Shown: in pieces, positions 40,537 to 49,370 of the stretch
How the letters are laid out: every line of letters begins with the position of its first letter
How positions within the stretch are numbered: position 1 is the stretch's first letter
DNA from: Alphaproteobacteria bacterium
GTDB lineage: Bacteria; Pseudomonadota; Alphaproteobacteria; Bin95
Assembly (NCBI GenBank): GCA_965206075.1
Contig: CBDBIS010000005.1
Span: 3,155,041 to 3,219,040, forward strand
Direction: 5' to 3'
Length of the DNA stretch: 64,000 nucleotides
Position numbers and translations under genes: made by a program
Notes under the pieces: generated by a model
What the model was told of the DNA's origin: nothing
Seen by the model: the letters and a program-made list of their open reading frames with translations, nothing else
The model's database searches: none

Positions 40537-41932
40537 AAGCTCTCCGCTCTGCGACGAATTCACGTTCGATATCCACCTGTTTGCGCTTCTTGGCGCCGCT
40601 CTTGCGATCACGGCGGTTGGGTCTGGCCTCTACGCCGAAATATTGGGCCGCGGCGGGAGCATCGAGCACTAACAGGGCAGTGTCGCCGAGCGGTATGGAA
40701 GCCTCGGGCCGGGCGGGGTTCGCACCGAGGGCCTCGACGACGTTGCCGGCGATCGCGCGGGCGAGCGGCGGGGGCACGGCATTGCCGATCTGGCGCGCAC
40801 CGTGCCATTTGGTGACATGGAAGCGGAACCAGTCCGGGAAGCCGTGCAGCCGGGCCATCTCGCGCACGGTCACGCAGCGGTCGTGGCGGTAGTGAATCGG
40901 CCGCGGGCTGGTGAAGGCGCCCCGCGCCCCGTCCGTGCCGGCGCGGAGCGTGTTCGAGACGCCTGTTTCCGCGAGCTTGAAGAACCGGCTGATCGGCTCG
41001 ACCGCGCCCGCTTCCGTTTCACGGAACCGGCGGCGCGAAATCTCCGTGTGCCGTGTGCGGGAACTAGCGGTCAGCAAGGCGGGATTCCACTCGCGCACAT
41101 AGCCGTAATGCCATGCGTCGTTTGCAAGGCAGCGCAGCGATGCCGCATAGGCCGAAGGCTCTCCGAACGTCCTCGTCTCCACGGAGTCGGAGCCGCACAG
41201 CGCGTCGAAACCCTCGGCGTCGGGAAGGTCGCCCAGCGCATCGGCACAGGTCGGCCCAACGGGTAGGGCGTCCACGCGCCGCCGCTTGCCGGCGATACCG
41301 GTCAGCGGTGCGGGATAGTCGGGCAGGCGCTCGCCCTTTCGCGCGCCGAGCAGGATCAACCGTTCCCGGCTCTGCGGTACGCCGAAATTGCCGGCGTTCA
41401 GGACCCGCCAGGGGACCCGCACCTCGTAGCCGGCGTCGGAAAACGCCTCGACAAGTTCGTCGAGGAGGGCGCGATGCTTGCCGACCGTCAGCCCTTTGAC
41501 ATTCTCGAAGACGAATGTGCGGGCGTCCAGTTCCGCAACGAGGCGCACGAACTCCCGGACCAGCCGGTTGCGCGGGTCGTCGAGAATGCGGTGGCCGATG
41601 AGGGAGAATCCCTGGCAGGGCGCGCCGCCGAACACGCAATCGACCCGACGACCGCCAAGTCCGGCCGCTCGCGCAATTCCGGCCCCGGAAAGGTCCTCTA
41701 CCGCGCAGGGCACGATGGCCGTCCGGGGAAAGTTGAACTTGTGGACCGCGCAATGCACCGGGTCGATTTCGACTGCGGCGGCGACGTCGAAACCGGCCTG
41801 CTCGAAGCCGAGGCTGAGGCCGCCGGCGCCGGCGAACAGGTCGATCCCGATGGGCCTCACAGTGCTGCGCTTCCGGATGCCGGTGCCATTCTGCAGGATA
41901 TTAGCGCGCCTACCGCTAGATGTCGATCGCAT
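40529..41932 (-). CDS. dcm: DNA (cytosine-5)-methyltransferase
   Basis: Motifs FAGAGG (I), GGAPCQGFS (IV), ENV, QSRERL and GNAVPP (X). Start at the internal ATG overlapping the vsr 3' end. Confidence 0.9.
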   Translation of the reverse strand: MRSTSSGRRANILQNGTGIRKRSTVRPIGIDLFAGAGGLSLGFEQAGFDVAAAVEIDPVHCAVHKFNFPRTAIVPCAVEDLSGAGIARAAGLGGRRVDCVFGGAPCQGFSLIGHRILDDPRNRLVREFVRLVAELDARTFVFENVKGLTVGKHRALLDELVEAFSDAGYEVRVPWRVLNAGNFGVPQSRERLILLGARKGERLPDYPAPLTGIAGKRRRVDALPVGPTCADALGDLPDAEGFDALCGSDSVETRTFGEPSAYAASLRCLANDAWHYGYVREWNPALLTASSRTRHTEISRRRFRETEAGAVEPISRFFKLAETGVSNTLRAGTDGARGAFTSPRPIHYRHDRCVTVREMARLHGFPDWFRFHVTKWHGARQIGNAVPPPLARAIAGNVVEALGANPARPEASIPLGDTALLVLDAPAAAQYFGVEARPNRRDRKSGAKKRKQVDIEREFVAERRAYG

Positions 41933-42341
41933 TTTCCGCGTTGTCCACAAAATCTTGTAGCCGTTTCGCCAGAACATCCGGGTCGCGGGTCTCGCATTGC
42001 CAGACGGTCAGCACGCTCCAGCCCAATGACTCTATTTGTTCCTTCTTGGTTCTATCTCTTTTCCTGTTTTCGTCAAGTTTGGGTTTCCAGTATTCGAGGC
42101 GGGATTTCGGCAGCCGCCCTTTCGGGCAGTCGTGGCCGTGCCAGAAGCAGCCATGCACGAAGATCGCCTTGCGCCGGGAAATGAAGGCGATATCGGGTCT
42201 GCCGGGGAGGTCCTTGCGGTGCAGGCGGTACCGGTAGCCCATGGCGTGCAGCAGCCGGCGCACGGCCAGTTCGGGTCCTGTGTGCTTGCTCCCGACCGCC
42301 TGCATGATGCGGCGGCGCTGCTCCGGGGTGCGCGTGTCCAT
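41916..42341 (-). CDS. vsr: very short patch repair endonuclease
   Basis: MDTRTPEQRRRIMQAV... and FVHGCFWHGH motifs. Start at the internal ATG of track ORF 41916..42410. Confidence 0.85.
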   Translation of the reverse strand: MDTRTPEQRRRIMQAVGSKHTGPELAVRRLLHAMGYRYRLHRKDLPGRPDIAFISRRKAIFVHGCFWHGHDCPKGRLPKSRLEYWKPKLDENRKRDRTKKEQIESLGWSVLTVWQCETRDPDVLAKRLQDFVDNAENAIDI

Positions 42342-42478
42342 CGCCTGCCGCCCGTCTCCCACCCACCGCCTCGATCGGGCGACGATAGGAGCCGCTGTCC
42401 CCCGCCGCAATGCTGCGCGCGGCGTCCATGTCCTCGACGGTTAGGGTCGGTAGATGAAAGCCCTTCCCCGGTTCGGGC

Positions 42479-42754
42479 TCAGGAATCGGCGCCACGCCCC
42501 TTGGCCAACTCGTAATCGTACTGAGCGGCTTCGGGGGGCGGCTCCGCCTGCGCGATGGCTTCGATCTCGGTGTCGGAAAGCTCCTGGACGGCAAGTGCCT
42601 GACGGTCCCGCCGCTTGAGGCGCTCATACTCCTCGACCGACAAGACCACCAGCCGGTCCCGGCCATTGCGGGTGATCGACAAGGGAGCCTTGAGCGCCTC
42701 GTTCTGGAAGCGCCCGAAATTCCGTTGGAACTCGCGCGACGTAACCCGTTGCAT
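42479..42754 (-). CDS. Phd/YefM-family antitoxin-like protein with no toxin gene adjacent
   Basis: 91 aa (MQRVTSREFQRNFGRFQNEALKAPLSITRNGRDRLVVLSVEEYERL...). Confidence 0.6.
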   Translation of the reverse strand: MQRVTSREFQRNFGRFQNEALKAPLSITRNGRDRLVVLSVEEYERLKRRDRQALAVQELSDTEIEAIAQAEPPPEAAQYDYELAKGRGADS

Positions 42755-42850
42755 GCCACCGGACCCGATTCGTCCTATGCGGATGATACACCGTATCGGA
42801 GGCATATGCCTCATGCCTGCAATGCAATGAGCATGGCGACAATTCCGTTT

Positions 42851-42995
42851 GCCGCCGCGCTTCAACCCTCTAATTTCCCCCGTCTCCCGCAGCCCCTTCC
42901 GGACGGCCTTGGCCGCATTCTTCCTGCCCGTGCTTGCCATGCTGGCAGCGTTCGGGCTGCTTTCCATCGACATGTACCTGCGGAGCCTGCCGGCC
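42851..42995 (+). pseudogene. duplicated 5' region of bcr (upstream ~56 nt plus the first ~29 codons), truncated
   Basis: Aligns with 43711-43853. Encodes (M)AAFFLPVLAMLAAFGLLSIDMYL.., then diverges and terminates. Confidence 0.65.
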
Positions 42996-43051
42996 TTCAG
43001 GCGGTTGTCGTCACTTGTCATATATTAACGCGCGGCGTTATCATTCACGGG

Positions 43052-43330
43052 ATGGCGCAATTCAAGAACAGGAGTACAGAGAAGGTCTTTGCCGGCGAGA
43101 TTGTGCGAAACCTGCCTCCGGCGATTCTGCGCCGTGCCCGCATGCGCTTGCAGCGGGTCGTGGCGGCGCGGGCGTTGTCGGACCTCCGGATTCCACCGTC
43201 CCACCGCCTTGAGGCCCTGAGCGGAAACCGCAAGGGACAACACAGCATACGCATCAACGACAAATGGCGGGTTTGCTTTCGCTGGACAGGGCAGGGGGCC
43301 ATTGAGATCGAAATCGTCGACTATCGCTGA
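43052..43330 (+). CDS. higB: HigB-like toxin (plasmid maintenance system killer, RelE/ParE superfamily)
   Basis: 92 aa (MAQFKNRSTEKVFAGE...LSGNRKGQHSIRINDKWRVCFRW...). Confidence 0.8.
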   Translation: MAQFKNRSTEKVFAGEIVRNLPPAILRRARMRLQRVVAARALSDLRIPPSHRLEALSGNRKGQHSIRINDKWRVCFRWTGQGAIEIEIVDYR

Positions 43331-43397
43331 AAGGGCCTCGACCATAGTCCGGCACCGTCATCGGCCCCTCTTTCGCAAACAGCCAACGGAGTTACCC

Positions 43398-43676
43398 ATG
43401 GCCGACGCAATTCATCCCGGGGAGCATCTGGCGGAGATTCTGGACGAACTCGGAATCAGCCAGTATCGCCTCGCAAAGGCCATCGGCGTCCCGCCGAGGC
43501 GCATCAACGAGATCGTGCATGCCCGCAGGTCGGTAACGGCGGATACGGCCTTGCGCGTGGGCAAGGCTCTCGGAACGACGCCCGACTTCTGGCTCAACCT
43601 GCAAGGCATATACGATCTCGACCGCGCCCGAAGCTCGCTCGACGTGAACGCTATCGAAACCTTGGTTGCGGCGTAG
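43398..43676 (+). CDS. higA: HigA antitoxin (XRE-type HTH)
   Basis: 92 aa (MADAIHPGEHLAEILDELGISQYRLAKAIGVPPRRINEIVHARRSVTADTALRV...FWLNLQ). Confidence 0.85.
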   Translation: MADAIHPGEHLAEILDELGISQYRLAKAIGVPPRRINEIVHARRSVTADTALRVGKALGTTPDFWLNLQGIYDLDRARSSLDVNAIETLVAA

Positions 43677-43766
43677 GCGGGACGCGCGAGAATCCGCCGG
43701 ACCCCGCCTTGCCGCCGCGCGGCCACCGCCTAATTTCCCCGTCTCCCGAAGCCCTCCCGGATTGCC

Positions 43767-44945
43767 TTGGCCGCATTCTTCCTGCCCGTGCTTGCCGTGC
43801 TGGCGGCGTTCGGGCCGCTTTCCATCGACATGTATCTGCCGAGCCTGCCGGCCATCGGGCGGGAACTGGGCGCGTCCGCCGGCGGTGTGCAGCTCACGCT
43901 CTCCGCCTTCTTCGTCGGCTTCGGCGTCGGGCAGCTCCTCTACGGCCCGCTCTCGGACCGCTACGGGCGGCGGCCGATGCTGGTCTTCGGCGTCTCGGTC
44001 TATCTGGCGGCAAGCGCGGGCGCGGCCTTTGCGCCGGATATCGGGGCGCTGACCGCGGCGCGCTTCTTCCAGGCGCTCGGCGGCGGGGCGGCGACGGTGA
44101 TCGCGCGGGCCTCGGTGCGCGACCGCCATTCTGGCGCGGAAGCCGCGCGCATGCTCTCCACGCTCATGCTCATCATGGGCGCGGCTCCCCTGCTTGCGCC
44201 CTCGCTCGGCGCGCAGATACTCCTCTTCGCGGACTGGCGGGCGATCTTCCTGGTCCTCGCCGCCTGGGGCGTGCTTGCGCTGCTGGCGGTCCTCTTCCTG
44301 CTGCCGGAGACGCGGCCTCCCGAGACGCGCATCCGCGCCGGCCTCGGCTCGATCTTCGTGAACTATGCCCGCCTCCTCTCGGAGCGGCGCACACTCGGCT
44401 GCATGCTCGCAAGCGGCGGCGCCTTCGCCGGCATGTTCGCCTACATCTCCGGCACGCCCTTCGTGTTCATGGAGGTGTTCGGCGTCTCGCCCCGGACCTA
44501 CGGGCTGCTGTTCGCCGTCCATATCCTCGCGATCATGGGCGGCGCCTGGACCAACCGCCGGCTGGTCGCCCGCTTCGGTCCCGGCGGCATGATGGTGCGG
44601 GGCACATGGCTGCTTCTCGCCGCGGGCCTTGCGCTCGTCCTCGTCGTGCTGCTGCTGCCGGGGAGCCTCGCCGCCATCGTCGCCGCGCTCTTTTGTTTCA
44701 TGTTCGCCCTCAACCTGATCGCCGCCAACACCATCGTCATCGCGACGGCCGACAAGGCGGAGATCGCCGGCACCGTCATCGCGCTGATCGGCGCGGGGCA
44801 TTTCGCGCTCGGCACGCTGTCTGGCCTTGCGGTCGGCCAGTTCCACGACGGCACGGCGCTGCCGCTCGCGCTCACGGTCGCGGCGTGCGGGCTGGTGTCC
44901 TTCTCCGCCAACCGCTGGCTGGTGGGGGCGCCCAAGGCAGATTGA
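43767..44945 (+). CDS. Bcr/CflA-family MFS efflux transporter
   Basis: 392 aa, 12-TM pattern with LSIDMYLPSLP and GPLSDRYGRRP motifs. Apparent TTG start. Confidence 0.85.
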   Translation: MAAFFLPVLAVLAAFGPLSIDMYLPSLPAIGRELGASAGGVQLTLSAFFVGFGVGQLLYGPLSDRYGRRPMLVFGVSVYLAASAGAAFAPDIGALTAARFFQALGGGAATVIARASVRDRHSGAEAARMLSTLMLIMGAAPLLAPSLGAQILLFADWRAIFLVLAAWGVLALLAVLFLLPETRPPETRIRAGLGSIFVNYARLLSERRTLGCMLASGGAFAGMFAYISGTPFVFMEVFGVSPRTYGLLFAVHILAIMGGAWTNRRLVARFGPGGMMVRGTWLLLAAGLALVLVVLLLPGSLAAIVAALFCFMFALNLIAANTIVIATADKAEIAGTVIALIGAGHFALGTLSGLAVGQFHDGTALPLALTVAACGLVSFSANRWLVGAPKAD

Positions 44946-45022
44946 CACCGGACGCTCCGCCCCGGAAGATTCGACCGTCCGGCGCGGCGCCGGCAGAGCG
45001 ACGAGGAGAGGATACGGCCCCG

Positions 45023-46123
45023 ATGGAGATCGGCTTTTTCAGCATGCCTTCCCACCCGCCCGAGCGCGACCTGCGCGAGGGGCACGAATGGGACCTCCAG
45101 CATATCCGCTGGGCCGACGAGCTCGGCTTCACCGAAGGCTGGATCGGCGAGCACCACACCGCGCCCTGGGAGCCGCACCCCGCGCCCGATTTCCTGGTGA
45201 TCGAGGGCCTCCGGCAGACGGAGAACATCCGGCTGGGACCGGGCGGCTTCCTCCTGCCCTACCACCACCCGGCCGAGCTCGCCAACCGGATTGCAATGAT
45301 GGATCATCTGAGCCGGGGGCGGCTCAATTTCGGCGTGGCCGCGAGCGGGCTGCCGAGCGACTGGCAGATGTTCAACGTGGACGGCATGTCCGGCGAGAAC
45401 CGGGACATGACGCGCGAGGCGCTCGACATCATCCTGCGCCTCTGGTCGGACGAGCCGGAGTTCGACTACAAGGGCAAATACTGGCATGTGACCAAGGGCG
45501 CGGAGATGTTCGGTTTCCTGCGCCCGCATCTCGGGCCCTTGCAGACGCCGCATCCGCCGATCGGCGTGGCCGGGCTCTCCAAGAACTCCGACACGCTCAA
45601 GCTCGCCGGCGAGCGCGGCTTCCTGCCGATGAGCCTGAACCTGAACCCGGCCTATGTCGGCAGCCACTGGGACGCGGTGGAGGAAGGCGCGGCGAGGGCC
45701 GGTCGCACCGCCAGCCGGAGCGAATGGCGCATGGTGCGCGAGGTCTTCGTCGCGGAGACGGACGAGGAGGCCTGGCGGCTCTCGGTCGGCGACATGATGG
45801 GCCGGATGATGGGGGACTATTTCCTGCCGCTGCTCGGCAATTTCGGTTTCCTGGAGTTCCTGAAGCACGACCGGGATGTCCCGGACAGCGACGTGACGCC
45901 GGAATATTGCGCGCAGCACAACTGGCTGGTCGGCTCGCCCGCCACGGTCGCGGAGAAGCTGGAGGCCGTCTATGACGATGTCGGCGGCTTCGGGCAGCTT
46001 CTCCTGTTCTGCTTCGACTATGTCGACAAGCCGGAGGCCTGGCACACCTCGATGGGGCTCCTGATGAACGAGGTGCTGCCCAGGGTGAGCCACCTGACGC
46101 CGGAAGCCGCCGCGGCGGCGTAA
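45023..46123 (+). CDS. LLM-class flavin-dependent oxidoreductase
   Basis: 366 aa (MEIGFFSMPSHPPERDL...GWIGEHHTAPWE). Paralog of 27283-28383. Confidence 0.8.
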   Translation: MEIGFFSMPSHPPERDLREGHEWDLQHIRWADELGFTEGWIGEHHTAPWEPHPAPDFLVIEGLRQTENIRLGPGGFLLPYHHPAELANRIAMMDHLSRGRLNFGVAASGLPSDWQMFNVDGMSGENRDMTREALDIILRLWSDEPEFDYKGKYWHVTKGAEMFGFLRPHLGPLQTPHPPIGVAGLSKNSDTLKLAGERGFLPMSLNLNPAYVGSHWDAVEEGAARAGRTASRSEWRMVREVFVAETDEEAWRLSVGDMMGRMMGDYFLPLLGNFGFLEFLKHDRDVPDSDVTPEYCAQHNWLVGSPATVAEKLEAVYDDVGGFGQLLLFCFDYVDKPEAWHTSMGLLMNEVLPRVSHLTPEAAAAA

Positions 46124-46128
46124 CGTTC

Positions 46129-46148
46129 GGGGTCCCGCGCGGGACCCC
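46129..46148 (+). terminator. 20-nt perfect palindrome GGGGTCCCGCGCGGGACCCC after the LLM gene
   Basis: Begins 6 nt after the stop codon. No clear U tract follows. Confidence 0.35.
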
Positions 46149-46198
46149 GCCCTTCAGGTTCCGGGACGTCGCTTCCCGGTGCCGCGTCAATTTGCCTC

Positions 46199-46217
46199 GA
46201 TAATGAGAAGCATTCGC
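46199..46217. promoter_or_regulatory. Fur-box-like site GATAATGAGAAGCATTCGC
   Basis: 15 of 19 matches to GATAATGATAATCATTATC. Lies ~65 nt upstream of the Fe(3+)-binding protein gene. Confidence 0.4.
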
Positions 46218-46281
46218 ATTTTGCTCCCGGTTCCGGTATTCTCACGGTTGCGAATGAATATCAGTCGCGCAACAACCGAAA

Positions 46282-47298
46282 GTGGAACGGATGCGCAAAC
46301 GAACCCTCGGAATCGCCGCCGTCGCCGGACTCGCCGTCCTTGCAGCCGCGTCGGCAGAGGCGGCGGAGGTCAATGTCTATTCCTACCGTCAACCGTTTCT
46401 CGTCGAACCGCTCTTCAAGGCGTTCAGGGACAAGACCGGCATCGAGGCGAACGTGGTCTTCGCGAGGCAGGGCCTGATCGAACGGCTGAAGAGCGAAGGC
46501 GCCGCCAGCCCGGCCGACCTGATCTTCACCGTGGATATCGGCCGGTTGCACGACGCCATGAAGGCCGGCGTCGTCGAGCCGGTCAAGACCGACGCGCTTG
46601 CCGCCAACATTCCCGCCTCGCTCCGGGACCCGGACGGCGCCTGGTACGGGCTGACGACCCGCACGCGCCTCTTCTTCGTCTCGAAGGACCGCGTGCCGGA
46701 AGGCGGCATCTCGACCTATGAGCAGCTCACCGACCCGGAATGGAAGGGGCGCATCTGCACGCGCAGCGGCAAGCATGTGTACATGATCGCGCTGACCGCC
46801 TCGATGATCGCGCATCACGGCAAGGAAAAGGCCGAGGCATGGCTCACCGGCCTCAAGGCGAACCTCGCCCGCCGGCCCCAGGGAAACGACCGCGCGCAGG
46901 TCAAGGCGATCCATGCCGGCCAGTGCGACGTCTCCATCGGCAACCATTACTACTACCGGAAGATGCTCGACGACCCGAAGCAGAAGCCCTGGGCCGAGTC
47001 CGTGCGCGTTGTCTTCCCGAACCAGGACGGGCGCGGCGCGCATGTCAACATTTCCGGCGCCTCGCTGGTGAAGGGCGCGCCCAACCGGGCCAACGCCATC
47101 GCCCTGCTCGAGTTCCTGTCCAGCAGGGAAGGCCAGGGCATCTATGCCCGCGTGAACGGCGAATATCCGGTGAGCCCCGAGGTTGCCGGACCCGAGAAGC
47201 TGGCCGCCTTCAAGGCCGACACGCTCTCGCTCGCCCGCCTGGCGGAACTGCGCGGGGAAGCCGGCCGGATGGCGGACCGGGTGGACTATGACGGCTGA
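46282..47298 (+). CDS. Fe(3+) ABC transporter periplasmic binding protein (FbpA/AfuA-like)
   Basis: 338 aa with a signal peptide (..AAASAEAAEVNVYSYRQP...). Confidence 0.85.
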   Translation: MERMRKRTLGIAAVAGLAVLAAASAEAAEVNVYSYRQPFLVEPLFKAFRDKTGIEANVVFARQGLIERLKSEGAASPADLIFTVDIGRLHDAMKAGVVEPVKTDALAANIPASLRDPDGAWYGLTTRTRLFFVSKDRVPEGGISTYEQLTDPEWKGRICTRSGKHVYMIALTASMIAHHGKEKAEAWLTGLKANLARRPQGNDRAQVKAIHAGQCDVSIGNHYYYRKMLDDPKQKPWAESVRVVFPNQDGRGAHVNISGASLVKGAPNRANAIALLEFLSSREGQGIYARVNGEYPVSPEVAGPEKLAAFKADTLSLARLAELRGEAGRMADRVDYDG

Positions 47299-47544
47299 AC
47301 CGGACGGCCGGGAAGGGCCTCCTCCGCCCTTCCCCGCCGCCGCTGCATGGGCGGCGCAACCGCGCAGCGCCGCCCATGCGCTCCTTTCCGCTCTGGCGGC
47401 CCGGAATCCACCTGATGTAACATTCGCCGCTGTATCGTAGCCCGCCGGGGCGTCGGTCGGGGCTCCGGGGGGCCTTGCAGGCGGGCTCCGGATACGGTCC
47501 CGCCGATGGAAATGTCCCAGACCGACGCGCGAACCCGCCGGCCG

Positions 47545-48462
47545 TCACGCGACGAGCCGGTAGAAGCGGGCGGCGGTGCCGTGGAAGAGGGCTTGCCGGT
47601 CCGCGGCGGGCAGGTCGCGGACCATGCGCTTGTAGGCGCCCATCATCTCGCCGTAGCCGATCCTCAGCCCGTCCACCGGGAAGTTGCTTGCGAACATGCA
47701 GCGGTCCGCGCCGAAGAGCCGGATCGTCTCGCGCACCGGCGGGCCGTTCTCCGCCTCGCGCCAGGGCCCGTCGGGCAGGCAGAGGCAGGAGAGCTTCACG
47801 GAGACATTGGGGCAGCCGGCGAGCGCCGCCATGCCGCGCCGCCAGAGATCGAGCCCTTCCGGCGAACGGTCCCAGGGGAAGCCGGTGTGGTTCAGCACGA
47901 TGGCGACGGCCGGGAAGGCGCGGGCCACCTCCGCCGCCTCCTCCAGGTGCCAGGCCGGCACGCGCAGGTCCCAGGAAAGGCCGTAGCGCTCCAGCAGCGC
48001 GAAGCCCCGGAGCCAGCGCTCGTCCTGCATCGTGCCGGGCCGGCCCTGCACCGAAAGGCCCGGCCTCTTTGCAGTCGCGGGCTTGGAGCGCACGCCCCGG
48101 AAGCGCCGGGAGGCGGCGATATGGCGCTCCAGCACCTCGGCGCAGTCCTCCCGGTGGAACCAGACGTGGCCGACAATGGCGGCCGGCATGCCGTGCTCTT
48201 CGGCGATGCGGTCCACCCAGATCGTCTCCTCGACCTGGAGGCCCCGGTCGCATTCCGCCTCGACATGGACGGTGGCGACGACATGGTGGCCGGCGGCGTC
48301 GCGGCGGTAGTCCGCCGGCAGGTAGTTCCGCCTGAGCGGGGCATGGTCGCCGAGGAAGAAGCCGCCATGAAGCTCCGGATCGTGGAGCCAGGGATAGCGG
48401 AGCGCGCCCAGGTCCCAGAGATGGTGGTGGGCATCGACGATCGGCAGGTCGGCATCGGGCAT
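47545..48462 (-). CDS. amidohydrolase family (PF04909-like TIM-barrel metal hydrolase)
   Basis: MPDADLPIVDAHHHLWDL... motif. Start at the internal ATG. Confidence 0.75.
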   Translation of the reverse strand: MPDADLPIVDAHHHLWDLGALRYPWLHDPELHGGFFLGDHAPLRRNYLPADYRRDAAGHHVVATVHVEAECDRGLQVEETIWVDRIAEEHGMPAAIVGHVWFHREDCAEVLERHIAASRRFRGVRSKPATAKRPGLSVQGRPGTMQDERWLRGFALLERYGLSWDLRVPAWHLEEAAEVARAFPAVAIVLNHTGFPWDRSPEGLDLWRRGMAALAGCPNVSVKLSCLCLPDGPWREAENGPPVRETIRLFGADRCMFASNFPVDGLRIGYGEMMGAYKRMVRDLPAADRQALFHGTAARFYRLVA

Positions 48463-48530
48463 GGCGGTCTCACGGCGGGAAGCCTGCATCCTGCCGCGGC
48501 GAAGCCCGGACCGGAAGGCGGGCGCTTCGC

Positions 48531-49274
48531 ATGACGCTCGCCCCCGGAGACCCGCCGCCCTTCGTCATCCGGCCCGGCCGGGCGGACTCGGCCGTCGTCT
48601 TCGTCTGCGACCATGCGAGCCATGCCCTGCCGGCGCGCCTGGGCTGCCTCGGCATATCGGAAGCCGAGCTCTGCGGCCATATCGGCTGGGACCCCGGCGC
48701 GGCCGCCGTCGCCGGGCTGCTGGCGGCGCGCTTCGAGGCCCCTGCGGCCTTCTCCGGCTATTCGCGCCTCGCCATCGACTGCAACCGCGACCCGGACGAT
48801 CCGACCTCGATCCTGGAGGAGAGCGACGGCGTGCCCGTGCCCGGCAACCGGAGCCTCGGCGCCGCCGCGCGCGCCTGGCGCCGGGATGCGCTGTTCGAGC
48901 CCTACCATGCGGCGATCGAGGACATGCTGGACCGCTGCCTTGCGCCCCGGGCGTTCGTCTCGGTCCACAGCTTCACGCCGCGCCTGGCCGGCGGAGAGCC
49001 GCGCCCCTGGCAGGTCGGCACCTTCTGGAACGAGAGCGCGGGGCTCGCCCGGCCGTTCATGGCGGCGCTGGCGGCGCCGGGCGTCCTCGTCGGCGACAAC
49101 CTTCCCTATTCCGGCCGCTCCCGGCGCGGCTACACCACGCGGCGCCATGCCGAGCCGCGCGGCATCCCGCATCTCGGCCTGGAGATCCGCAACGACCTCA
49201 TCCGCGAAGAGGCCGGCGCCGCCCTCTGGGCCCGGCGCATCGGCGACGCGCTCGCGTCGGCGCTGGGTCTGTAG
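48531..49274 (+). CDS. N-formylglutamate amidohydrolase family protein
   Basis: 247 aa with FGase-like motifs (VFVCDHAS, IDCNRDP, VSVHSFTP). Confidence 0.75.
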   Translation: MTLAPGDPPPFVIRPGRADSAVVFVCDHASHALPARLGCLGISEAELCGHIGWDPGAAAVAGLLAARFEAPAAFSGYSRLAIDCNRDPDDPTSILEESDGVPVPGNRSLGAAARAWRRDALFEPYHAAIEDMLDRCLAPRAFVSVHSFTPRLAGGEPRPWQVGTFWNESAGLARPFMAALAAPGVLVGDNLPYSGRSRRGYTTRRHAEPRGIPHLGLEIRNDLIREEAGAALWARRIGDALASALGL

Positions 49275-49370
49275 TTTCGCGGAGCTCTATTCCGCCGGCG
49301 CGGGCCGCGGTCCGTCAGACACCGGGCCCGGCCATGCCGAGCGCGATGCTGGCGAGCACCAGCAGACCTC

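Noticed and set aside
42851-43853. Diversity-generating retroelement (TR/VR) interpretation of the two bcr 5' repeats
   Set aside because: The mismatches are not adenine-specific. No RT gene is adjacent; the only RT trace in the window is the deleted intron ORF 30 kb away.
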